Part shown: in pieces, positions 39,836 through 51,262 of the stretch
How the letters are laid out: each line of letters begins with the position of its first letter
Position numbering within the stretch: the stretch's first letter is position 1
NCBI GenBank assembly: GCA_004431415.1
Contig: QPMI01000709.1
Span: 62,001-126,000 of the forward strand
DNA: 64,000 bases
Direction of reading: 5' to 3'
DNA from: Cyanophora paradoxa CCMP329
Lineage: Eukaryota > Plantae > Glaucophyta
Notes under the pieces: generated by a model
What the model saw: the letters and a program-made list of their open reading frames with translations, nothing else
What the model was told of the DNA's origin: nothing
Databases searched by the model: none
Made by a program: the position numbers and the translations under genes

Positions 39836-42381
39836 TTACATTCGGTACACAGTATCTGTACCAGAGAAGAGGGGATTTCGCTCAAGAACAATGTACGTGG
39901 TCTCTTTTTCCTCTGAAGAAGCTCTAGAGCACTTTTCCACATCGTCCGGGCTGCTGGCAAGTGGCTGGGAGCCTCGCCTCAGTCTTCTCCGTGGTTCATT
40001 GGCGCGACGCTTCATCACAAAGAAAATAGAGGCTGCCAGCAGCAACCCAGCAGCCAGCGCCAGCAAGATCCACCACCACTGAAACACTGAAAGCTGACGG
40101 TCAATTTTCGTGAAACCGAAATGAAATAATTTCCCGCACCCATTTGGTCATTTGCGGAAGGCGTGGCTGGACGGAACAGCACACGAAAATAGATCGGCAG
40201 AAGTGCTGGCAGCTTTACACTTTCAGCAGTCATTGCAAAGAGCCGCTCCTGTTAGAACAGTTTAAATACATAAACAACTTAGGGAATAAAGGACGGCCGA
40301 CCTGAATTTCAAGAGCAGAGTCGGAGCCATCGACTGGCTTTACCTCGAACGTTATCAATGATGCATAGTCTGAGTCTGAGGTAAGCATCCGTGACCGCTT
40401 TAACGAAGTCTCCGATGCAGATATGCCGATGATTCGAAGGCGACCTGGATCTCTTTCCCTGAAATGACCATTCGGGTGCGTACATCAAAGCAAAAGGGAG
40501 TTTGGCAGATGTACTAACCAAGATGGCAAGATAGCTTCTGATATCTGTACTTGAAGAGAGCCCGCAGGGATGCTTCGAAGGGAACTGAGCTGCATGCGAA
40601 GCCTCAACTTCCCCTCCACAACTGAGCAACATGTCAATCTCTGATGGCATACTCGGATTTGAAAAACTGAAATGGTGCAAACCCCATCCTTCTCCCTGGA
40701 CATCTACACAGGAGATGCAGACCCCTCCACCGGCAGATGGTGGAGCAGCTGTTGGCTGGATTTGTGGAAGTGATGGTGACGACAAGGGAGATGGCAAGGG
40801 CGCTGGACTTGAACCAGAAGATGTTGGTGATGGTAAGGAGGTGGTCGGAGTCGGTGATGGCAAGGCAGCAGTCAGAGTTGGTATACGTAGTGGTACCGGT
40901 GATGATGTTGGCGTGACTGATGCATTGACAACAGGCAGCTGAATGTCAGGAGCTGCGATGGGAGATGGGTTGGGGGATAATGGGTCCGGGCTGGGCAAAA
41001 ACAAGACTGCAGGGGTTGGGCTGGGGGAGACTGTTGGGGCTGGGCTGGGAGACGAGAAATTCGCCGAAGATGGGCTAGGGCTGGGAGACGAGGAGAAATT
41101 CGCCGAAGATGGGCTAGGGCTGGGTGAGCTGGGTTGTGGAGTGGGCGAAACAGGAGCGCTAGTTGGCAATGGGATTGGAAAAACGCTTGGAGTTGGCCTG
41201 ATTCCAAAAAGCAAGGGAGGCGATGGGGAAGGGGGCGGTTGTCCCACACATGATATCACAAAGTGCTGCTCTACTATTGCAGGTTTTGACGAGTGCTGTG
41301 AGGAGACATCCCACGAGACAGTTATGTTTTTCTCCGGATCTGAAGAAGATGTGCTTCCACAAGAGGCAACTGCTGAGATAGAGCAGAGAGTCTCACAAGA
41401 CGACCCCTGGACAATCACTTGGCTGCGGACGCCTCTGATGTCAGCCACTGCACTAGATGCAACAGACACAAAAGCACATATTACCCGTCGTGGATGCTGC
41501 AGACAGAGTCCGTGAAATGAAAATTCAGAGATGCCAGTGCGGAACTTCGGAACCGAACCTGCAGACTAGAGAGACTCACTGTCAGGGATGGAAAAACTAA
41601 AAGCGCTAGAAAAAAAAGTACGAACGTGCGAGAGCCGAGAACATGCAAAGCGCCATTGAGCATTCGCCCGTCAGCAACGTAGCTGGTGTCCGACAAGGCG
41701 TTGCCAGGGCTCTCGGGCAACGAGAGTCTCGCCCATGATGTATCTAACGAATTTTAGAAAAGAGATCTTGTTGAATTGTATTATTAGCTCACCGAGGGCC
41801 AGCTCAACTCCACTGTGCCAGCCCTGAAAGAAGTCGGCAGAAAAGATTCCGATCGCAGCGAAAACTGGACCATCACATAGATCCGCCACGTCAATAACGA
41901 TGCCTACTTCGAGCAATGCTCCTGGTGCGACGGAGAAATCCATCGACGCCGTATGCCCCGAGGTCTCTAACGTCCTCAAAGTGGATCCGTACGGCACCTC
42001 CACTCCAGCGATGGGCACTGTCGGATCCCACTGTGCATATGTCACACGCGCTGTTTCGTCTCCGACGTTCTTAAACGTCGCGAGCACGGCCACCTGGGCG
42101 TGGGTCAATTAGAACGAGCGCCGCATTCATCTGGTTGCCGGCGTGCACCCGCGTTGTCAACCCGGGCTGGGCTCTCCTGCCACGGTCCTCGAAGTCCGGC
42201 CAGCTCCAAATCCAGGACTCGAAACTCCCACTCGTGGCGTCTGCCTCCAAGCAGACCAGGGCAGGTTCACCTGTGCAAGATTGAGCGGATGGCAAGGAGG
42301 AGCGCATCAGCGCCATCCACCTCCAACCCGAAACGAAAGGAACAGAAGAGTCACTGCAAATATGGCCGCGCCGAGCTGCAT
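39836..42381 (-). CDS. Uncharacterised type I membrane glycoprotein: signal peptide, Cys-containing ectodomains, Ser/Pro-rich stalk, TM helix, NPLF tail
   Basis: ATG 42381 gives MQLGAAIFAVTLLFLSFRVGG (signal peptide) spliced to EPALVCLEAD. The 40309-41469 ORF has a PSPSP-rich segment. The last exon is WWWILLALAAGLLLAASIFFVMKRR...ERNPLFSG..*. Internal splice points are not all resolved. Confidence 0.65.
41042..41124 (-). repeat. Coding tandem duplication (36/39 nt units) encoding SPSPSSANFSS(S)
   Basis: gggctgggagacga(gga)gaaattcgccgaagatgggcta occurs twice in tandem. Confidence 0.85.
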
Positions 42382-43073
42382 GCGCTCCTTGGCCGCTTAG
42401 GGGTTTGGGCAAGAGCGCTGAACTGGACGAGCTCGAACGATCTATTACTCAGGGTTGGTGCAGTATTTACTGTCTGTCTATAGAGAGCGCTTGCAGAAGC
42501 ACGCCTCCAGCTGCAGCGTGAACAATTTTGGTGGAACGTGAACGTCTCGAGCCACGCAGCGCCGAGGTTTGACACCAAGCTGATATAAAAGACTAGCTCA
42601 GGGCGCACGCGGCTGCAGGCGCGTCGCTATGTGCTGCGAGCGCTGCCGTTGGGAGGCTGCAAGTGCTGCGAGCGCTGCACTTCGGCCGCTGCAGGGGCTG
42701 TGGCGCGGCCAGGGGTGGTATCTACGTCTAACTTTAACAGATAAGCGCTCGGTGCGTTCGGCGCGGCGGCGGAGCGCAAGCGGCATCATGTTGAAAAGTG
42801 GGGGGAGGTATCAATAGGGGGTAGGCGAAAGTGCGTTTTTTGAGCGGGTCGGGGTCAGCTCGCAAACGCGGCCACCGCCCGCCCTCTTGCCGGCAGTCGG
42901 CGCGTGTTACACCCAGCTGAACCAGCCAGCACCTCGTCGGGCGTGTCTTCAGCCAGCTTAGCTCGCCGCCACCCTGGCCGCGGCTGCAGCGCCGCGGGCG
43001 CGTGCTAGAGTGCTCTAGACGTTTCAGACAAAGCTTCCGCAGGACCGGACCTTGTTAGCTAAGCAGGCGCGCA

Positions 43074-46000
43074 ATGTTCGTGTACTTGTCCAAGAAGGTG
43101 CTGAAGTCCTCTGCCGCCCACCGCCCGCCGCTGGAGCGCGTGCTAACGCGGGCTCGAAGATTGCCATTCCGAATGGCGTAAAGCTGCGTTGCGTGTCATG
43201 GAACACGGAGCAGGGGTCCGCCACGCCCCCACCTGCGTCGCCCCAGCAGCTAAAACGTGTGCAGGTGGATCGCATGCGGAGGAGACAATGGCTTGCTCAA
43301 GGTTCTCAAGCTCGAATCCGCCACGGGCAAAGAGGCAAAGGCGAAGGGAGCCGCGGCCAGCAACCTTTCGATGAACCAGACGCTCGAAGGCCACAACGGT
43401 GCTTCTAGTTTAATCGCGTCCCTATATGCACTGACCTGCCTACGCATGCAGGCTCCGTCATGTGTGTGACGTGGAACGAAAACTTCAGGAAGTTAACAAC
43501 GAGTGACCAGTACGGCTTGATCATCGTGTGGATGCTGCACAAGGGAATGTGGTTCGAGGAGATGATCAACAATCGTAATAAGAGCGTTGTTCGCGATATG
43601 AAGTGGACGTCCGATGGCCAGAAAATTTGCATCGTTTATGAAGATGGTCCGGGATAAGTTTTACACTGTGTCTTGCAGGTGATGCCGTGTGTTGAATTCC
43701 GTATTCTACAGGTGCTGTCATTGTCGGCTCGGTTGATGGCAACAGGCTCTGGGGCAAGGAGCTGAAGGTCAATCTCTTTTTGGTGGAATGGTCTCCTGAC
43801 GGCCGGAACATTCTTTTCGTAACCATGGATGGTGAAGTGCATGTTTACGACAATATGGGGAATTTCATTGTGCGCTTTCTTGATACTATCTGTGGTCCTT
43901 GTTTTCACCACTCGCCTTCCAGTCGAGGATAACCTTGTTTCCGGATGACACGAACCAAAAAGGAGGCGCCAAAATCGTTGGGATTGACTGGTATGTGCCC
44001 TTCATTTGCTTCGGATTTGTGTTCTCATTGTAGCAGGTACGATGGCGCTGAGGGCTATGCTGATGCAAGTGCTCCATCAATGGCTGTTTGCTTTGAGAAT
44101 GGAAGAGTTCAGCTGCTCCGGCAGGAAACAGATGACAGTACGTGGGTGCCTCGATTGCTTGTGCTTGTTTTAAAATCCAGTGCAGAACCCGTCATTATCG
44201 ACACGGGAATGCGCACATCGAGAGTCAAATGGAACTCTGCCGGGACTGTGCTTGCTGTCTGTGGCCAACAGACTACCTCGGGTCAGAGTGGCGAGGCGAG
44301 AGATGTCAGTATGGTGCAGTTTTTCTCTCCCATGGGCCAGGTACCATGCTTTTCTCAGCCAGGTGAATTGACACGGAATTTGCATTTGCTAACGTGCCCT
44401 GGTGCCAGCATCTCCGTACCTTGAAGGTGCCTGCACCTGGTGGCAGTGGAATTTCGGCTCTCTCTTGGGAAGGGGGCGGTTTGCGCATTGCCCTTGCTGT
44501 CGATTCATACATCTACTTCGCCAACATACGCCCGGACTACAAGTGGGGCTACTTCAACAAGACCCTTGTTTATGCCTTCAACAAGCCTGATCGGCCAGAG
44601 CACTGCGTCATTTTCTGGGATACGAAGACGGATGAGAGATACGTGAAGTACGTAAAGAAGCTGATTGCTATCCAAGCTGCTGGCGAGCACTGCGTGTTAG
44701 CAACGAAGGCCGATGATGCATCTGGACAGTGCGTCTGTTCTTGCTTTCTTTTAGCTTCGATCCCAATCGTGTCTTGGCCAGGCACATTCTCATCTTGTGC
44801 AACGCAATCGGAAGCCCTGTCGATTCGAAGTACATTGATGTTGAGCCAATCTACATCAGCATGACGCCATACCACGTGACTGTCGCATCGGAGGATACTG
44901 TGTATGTGTGGCAGTACCGCACTGTTCTGTCGAAATTAACCAGCGTAGACAACTCAGTCTCTGGTTCGAGGTTGCTGTCTTGGCTCGCCTGCTTATCCTT
45001 CTTTGACACCTGCTTTTCCAGGTGCGGGTGCTGCATTGAGGCGCAAGGAGGGTCGTGAGAGGGTGTTCCACATTGACGATGTCCCGTCCTCCTCTTCAAC
45101 TGCTGCCCAGTATCGGAAACCCGATGTCCCCACCAATGACCCCATTTGCTGTCTCTCGTCGTCCGACAAGGTGCTGCTTGTAGTTAGAGACTCTGGTGCC
45201 ATGCACAAGTGCGCTCTCGATTAACTGCTGTCGTTCTGAGCATCATAGCACTGAGCTCGTGTTGTCTGAACAGATACACACTCCCTCACATTTCCCTGGA
45301 TTCCAAGAGCTCTCTGAAATGCCGCCCCCAAATGATCTCAGTCAACTGCAATTCTACAAGGATTTCAATCATCGATGTCAATGGCGTTCTCACATTCTTT
45401 GACTTGGAGCCAAATCAAGGTGGTCAGAAGGTACTTTGTTGCTGGAGTACTCATTTTTTTATTGTGCCATAATAGTCTGGGCAGGTGTCAGAGGCTGTTG
45501 CAAGCTTCGAGCGCAAGGATGTGTGGGACATGAAATGGGCCGATGACAATCCAGAGCTCTTTGCCATGATGGAGAAGACTCGCATGTACATTTTCCGTGG
45601 CTTAGAACCTGAGGAGAATGTGTAAGCCCTCCCTTTGCTTTGACTTTGGCTTCGTCCAGTTCAGCGGCATGTGCAGGGTTTCCTCCGCATATCTATGCGG
45701 TTTCAATAACCTCAAAATCAAGACTGTTCTAATGGATGACATCATGCGTGCCCCGGAGCACCCTGAGAAGGACTGTGTGGTGAAGTTCGAAACCAAGTCC
45801 CTTCGTGACACCAGGGGTTTGCAAAATGCACCTGCCATCATTCCGGTTTTCCTGATTCGGTTGCAGAGATGCTGTCGACCATTAACCTGAAGGACGCCTA
45901 CCAGTTCGTGGAGGACAACCCGCACCCCCGCTTGTGGAGGCTTCTTGCCGAAGCAGCCCTGAAGCAGCTGAACTTTGCTATCGCCGATAAGGCGTTTGTT

Positions 46001-47911
46001 CGGTGCCAAGATTATCAGGGCATTCAGTTCGTCAAGCGATTGAGGTTGCTTGACGTGCGTGACACCAATTCTTCACCAGTAAAGTACTTTTCATGCCCTC
46101 TGCAGGACAAGGTGAAGCAGCGTGCAGAGGTGGCAGCCTACTTCAAGCAGTTTGATGAAGCCGAGCAGTTGTATAGGGACATAGACCGCAAAGATCTTGC
46201 GATTGAGCTACGGATGCGACTTGGAGACTGGTTCCGTGTTGTACAGCTCGTTCAAAGTGGAGGTGGCGATGATAGCTTGCTCTTGACGGCCTGGAACAAG
46301 ATTGGCGACTACTATGCAGACCGCCAAAAATGGTTGATATTTCTCTCTGCATCCTTCCAGCTGGTGTATGCATTGCTAACCTATTCCACGTGCAGGAGCA
46401 AGGCAGTCAGCTACTACTCCCAAGCAAAGAATGCAGACAAGCTAATTGAATGCTACTACATTCTTGAGGACTACCAGGGGCTGGAGAAGCTCATCCCCGC
46501 ACTGCCAGAGAATTCACCAATGCTTAATGTAAGTTCTTGATCGTTTTGTGTGTAATCAAGAGCTCACCCCGATTGTCTTTCAGAATGTTGGTGAGAAGTT
46601 CCAGTCGGTGGGCATGTGTGAACAGGCAGTTGCAGCCTTCATGCGAGGTGGAAATGTGAAGGCAGCAATCGATTGCTGCATCCTACTCAACAATGTCTGC
46701 TGTTCTGTTTTATGCTTTTGTGTTGTTTCGCACTAACAAACACGCATCAGTGGGATAAAGGTGTTGAGCTTGCAGAGAAGCACGACTTCGGCCAAATCGA
46801 GGGCCTCCTCACCAAGTATGCGTCTCATTTGCTCGAGAAACAAAAGATAATCCAGGCTGTGGAGCTGTACCGGAAGGCAAACCGTCACATGGATGCTGCC
46901 CGGCTCCTGGTTCAGGTGAGAAACTCTTCTACTCGTCGCCGTGGCCCTACAATTGAAGTCAATGCAGCTGGGCAAGCAAACAGCTTCCACCAAGGTCAAC
47001 CCATTGCGTGCAAAGAAACTTTATGTCCTTGCAGCCATGGAGATGGACCGCTACAAGCGGAAGATGCTCGACAGCCAAATGCAAGATGGCTTTCACACAG
47101 TGCGCGCTGTGGCTTTCTGTGCATTTTCTGCATCCTAATCAGCGCGCAGCAAATGGCTCTCGACTCCTTAATGGCTGTGGACAAAAGCATTGTTGCAGCT
47201 GGCGACAGGCAGCTGGACTCACCGTGGAAGGGTGCAGAGGCGTTGCATTTTTATCTCCTTGCTCAAAGGCAGTTGTATGAAGGATATATTGATGCGGCCA
47301 TGCGAACTGTGCAATCCCGCTCTCTCCTTGGTTTACCTGCCACTCACAAGTCTGCAGGCCCTGCGCCTTCGCGAGTACGAGGACATTCTTGATGCAGTTG
47401 ACATCTATGCTCTCATTGCCATCGCTGCATTCTACAACAAGCACTACGGGCAGTGCTCAAAGGCCTTTATCAAGCTGGAGAACCTTGATGAACTCCCTCA
47501 GGCCCGCAGAAAGCAGTTCGAGGACCTTGCCCTCGCAATCTTCACTAGGTTCACCCGCCTCCTGTTTTTCATTCCAATCAGTTGTACTAAGAAGATACTT
47601 GCAGGTTCCCCCCTCAGGATCCGCGGGCTCGCCTCATGCCTTGCCCTCAGTGCGACAAAGACGTCCCAGACTACACGACAACATGTGACTGTGGTGCCAA
47701 GTTCGACCCCTGTATAGCCACTGGCCGGAGCATAGTTGGAGGGTCAGGTGCCAAGAAAGCAGCAGATGCAAGCAGCCGAATTTTCACATGCAAGGTCTGC
47801 AAGCACAAGGCATACGAACAAGATATGCGCGGCCAAACCTACTGCCCCCTGTGTCACTCACCCTTTTCGTCCCACCCCTTATCGTCATCTGTTGCAGACG
47901 GACTATACTGA
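43074..47911 (+). CDS. WDR35: WD repeat protein 35 / intraflagellar transport protein IFT121, multi-exon
   Basis: MFVYLSKK|[46 protein letters not shown] and a C-terminal CxxC zinc-binding tail CPLCHSPF. Confidence 0.96.
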
Positions 47912-47946
47912 TCTAAAACCGTCCATGCAATGCAAACACTGATCTC

Positions 47947-48000
47947 TATATCAACAACCGTGATGCCATGATAGCTTGGAGCCCGACAGCCCAGCGGGCC
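47947..48000 (+). repeat. Dispersed repeat copy B (related to 39324-39390)
   Basis: tatatcaacaaccgtgatgccatgatagcttggagcccgacagcccagcgggcc, 36 nt downstream of the WDR35 stop. Confidence 0.75.
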
Positions 48001-48638
48001 GAAACGGGAGATTCACCGATTGACTGAGTTGTGTCCAGCATAGACACGCGATGTCCGCTAGCAGCTAGCTAGCTCAGCTGCCCTGCCCTGCCCAGCTGCA
48101 GCCCATCAACCAAAGTAAATTGGGGGGGTGTAACAGTCAAAATCGAAATCAAAGTGCCGTGTCCTGCTGCAGTGCCATGGCCAGTCTGAGTGCAGCGCGC
48201 GGAGTTCGACTTCGCGATGAACTTGCAATTGGGGCCGCGGGCGTGAAACTTGAAATCAGCAACGAAGTCAAAAGCACCATGAGCCCCTGCCAGGCTGAGC
48301 CGCTGATCATGAGCTGCCAGTTCGACTGAGTCACGTGAACTCAGTGAAATCCAAACTTGAAACTGAAATCCCGGAGTCCTATCGTAGTATCGTGATCGCC
48401 CCGGGCCCTAGATTCGATGATCATAGCAAGTTCTATGCAAGGGCTCGCTGAAGAAGTGACTCGGTCACTGTTCACAGTGACTCTTTGACTGCTTGGTGAG
48501 CGAAGGTACCCCAGCCGTCTGGGGGCACTGCGGGTAGCACTCCCTATGGCTTGAAATGTACAAATGTACAACATTTTGCCTAGCAAACATCATGTGTCGA
48601 GAAACGAATGTACAATGAGGACCGTCGGACTGGGATGC

Positions 48639-50326
48639 TCAAAAGAAGAGTTCCATGCACTGAGAGGCTGTTTGTTCCGAAGGGCAGTAACTGCACTTGA
48701 ACCTGGATGTGTTTCCTCGACTGAGCTTCAAAAGTGATTGCTTACAGATCACATGGCCACTGAAAAGGACACGTCAGGTTCTAGATTTGAATCAACTTTT
48801 GATTCTCGAAGGAAAAGCGAACCACGGGAGCATCATTGGAGGATTTTCGGCAGTGCTGTTCTCTCGAGAGACGGGGCATGCAAAGATCTGCGATCTCTCA
48901 GACTCTGAAACAGCAATAAACGAAGGAAGAAAGCTTGCAGAGTGGAAATGGAAGTCCTTTCCAAGCTCGATCTCCACAGGGAGCTGATCTGTAGGAGCCC
49001 ATTCCGCTGCTTTTCCTTGCATGACTGACGCCAATTTCAGAAGAGTCGGCAGAGCAATGCAACCAGCTGTGACACTGTTCGCAACGGTCAGATAAACATG
49101 AACTCGTGAATGAATGCCCGAGGGACGAACCTGAGCAGCAGTGGTGAGTCATGTGAAAGCCCTAGAAGGGCACAGCAGTCCCGAATAAATGCCACTGCTG
49201 CTTCCTCCCATTGATTGTGGTGAGAGCTTATCAGATCCGCGTAGGGCGAGGAATCCATTCGATGCATGAAAAGAAGACTAGCCATGAGTCTCTGGACCTC
49301 TGCGAGATGTATCACAAATAAAAACAGCTGCAGGAATGCACAGGCTTACTCGTCATTTGCGAAGATGCGAAGTCCTTGAAGTGCATTCGAGCATATGCAA
49401 GAGCTGCAATGCCCGGTTTTAGACAGCTAGAGAGCTGTCAGCGTGAAAAAGGAAAAGACCTTCTTGTTTCGACCCCTTCACAACATGGTGAACAAACTGA
49501 AGTCGATGAAGCTTAAACTCGAGATCACTTCCGCGTCGCTGAAGCTGCTCTCGGTGCCGCTTGGCCCATCTACTGGGACTTCAGCACAAGTCAACACAAT
49601 TAAAATCACAAGGGGCACACTGTATCGCGGGTTGAAGGTTGTGATCCCTGATCGCGCTGAGGATCTGGTGCCTGCAATACGCCGCAATTAGAATTTCATG
49701 AATGAGTTGAGCGCACTCTAGCATGTGAAGCACTCGCATTTCGACGAAGGGGCTCTGCTTTTCGTCCGTCAACGATAGGCCAACCTCCTGTGACGCAGGT
49801 GAGCGCAAAATCACCGTTTCCCTCGACCCTTTACCTCAGCGTAGGCTTTCCCGAGCTGGAAGCGCCCCATTCGGAAGAAGTGCTGTGCGATGATGGTGTT
49901 AAGGAGCTGGACATCGAATGTCTGAGGCTTCGACGCTTTTCCGCAGTCTGGGTGAAGAGACTGCGCCAAGCCGATAGATTAGTATGGAACTAACGGCCGC
50001 ACGCGGCGTAGCGCACCTTGTCAATCACTTTTGAGAGCTTGGACGCCGCAGCTTGCGTGTCCTTGGCCTCTTGCAAAGCTGCCGACACGAGCGGCGGCAG
50101 CGATGAGCGAAGCTCACTAAGTACTGCATCTGCGGGCGCGTTGAGCCCCCGTCGTGGAAAAGCGGGTGCGTACGTGCGGACCGCAACTTTCTTGGGTGAC
50201 CGCGTCGCGCGCTCGAGTCAACACTGCAACCACTTCATCTACGATGCTCTCGACCTTGGCCGAGCCCGTTCTTTGCTTCTTCGCGGCCTTCTCGATCTCC
50301 TTCTCGAGGACCTCACCAGTTGACAT
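48639..50326 (-). CDS. RMND5: RMND5/GID2 RING-type E3 ligase subunit of the CTLH/GID complex, multi-exon
   Basis: QLPVEIELGKDFHFHS.IFACPVSRE..NPPMMLPCGHVICKQSL..FKCSYCP..ELFF*; CTLH/CRA segments upstream; ATG 50326. Confidence 0.9.
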
Positions 50327-50393
50327 CGGCAAGGCTCAGCGGGCTGACCGGCGTTGTGGCGTTGTGCGCTGCTGCGCAAGCAACGAAAGCTGA

Positions 50394-51236
50394 TTGCGCT
50401 GCAGACGGTCCCCCTCGAATGCCTCGCCGGCACGCGCCACTACTTGTCTCCGCGCGCGCCGCTCAGCGCAGGCGTCGTACACGTCGCCGCAAGCGCCACT
50501 CGTTTTGAAGTGCGCCGCGCTGCTGACCTCAAAGCGCCGCCGATCAAGCTCAGAGCGCCGCCTTTTTTTTCTTCGGTCTGAGTACAGCGTTCTTTGGCTA
50601 GGGAGTCGAGCTCCGCAAGATCCGGTCAGCCAGCCAGGCACGCTGAAGCTCGTGCGTTCCGTCAGCCAGCTCGGGCGTCTGCTCCACCCTTCGCGCCGCC
50701 TGCTGGGGCTCGACGTCGGGGACCGGCGCCTTGGTCTAAGTGTCAGCAATCGGGAGCGCACGGTCGCGCGTCCGCTGGGCGTGCTTCTTCGCAGTTGGAG
50801 GAGCCACCAGCAGGCGAGCTACGCGCGCGACGAGGAGCGGGTGAGCGTGAAGCGCATCCGCCGCTTGCCGATCTCTCAGTTCCCTCGCGCGCGTACGCAG
50901 GCAATCGGGGCCGTTGCGAAGCTCGCCGTGCAGTACGATGCCCAAGCGCTTGTGGTGGGCCTACCTCTGACGCTCGACGGCGAGCTGGGCGACCAGGCGA
51001 TCAAGACGCAGCTCTTCGTGCGCAAGCTGCAGGTGAAGGGGATCGCGACAGAGTTCCTGTACTATACGGACGAGCGGTTCGTGTCGGAGGACGTGGAGGA
51101 CATGCTGATGGAGGGGATGGGGCGGAGCGGCCGCCTCGACTTCGACAGCGTCAAGGACTTCAAGGACATGTTTGAGGCGCAACATATCCTGCAGACGGTG
51201 CTCGACCAGCTCAATTACAGAGCAGATTCACATTAG
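50394..51236 (+). CDS. yqgF: YqgF/RuvX family RNase H-like nuclease (putative pre-16S rRNA maturation), probably organelle-targeted; start unresolved
   Basis: LLGLDVGDRRLGLSVS, LVVGLPL, TDERFVS and KDMFEAQHILQ, with a basic N-terminal extension. No in-frame ATG was found upstream of the domain. Confidence 0.8.
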   Translation: MRCRRSPSNASPARATTCLRARRSAQASYTSPQAPLVLKCAALLTSKRRRSSSERRLFFLRSEYSVLWLGSRAPQDPVSQPGTLKLVRSVSQLGRLLHPSRRLLGLDVGDRRLGLSVSNRERTVARPLGVLLRSWRSHQQASYARDEERVSVKRIRRLPISQFPRARTQAIGAVAKLAVQYDAQALVVGLPLTLDGELGDQAIKTQLFVRKLQVKGIATEFLYYTDERFVSEDVEDMLMEGMGRSGRLDFDSVKDFKDMFEAQHILQTVLDQLNYRADSH

Positions 51237-51262
51237 AGATTATATATGCACAATTGGAAACT

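Noticed and set aside
40631-41515. Plus-strand Gly-rich ORFs (GLGDEKFAEDGLG)
   Set aside because: Antisense shadows of the Ser/Pro-rich exon on the minus strand, which has the signal peptide and TM context.
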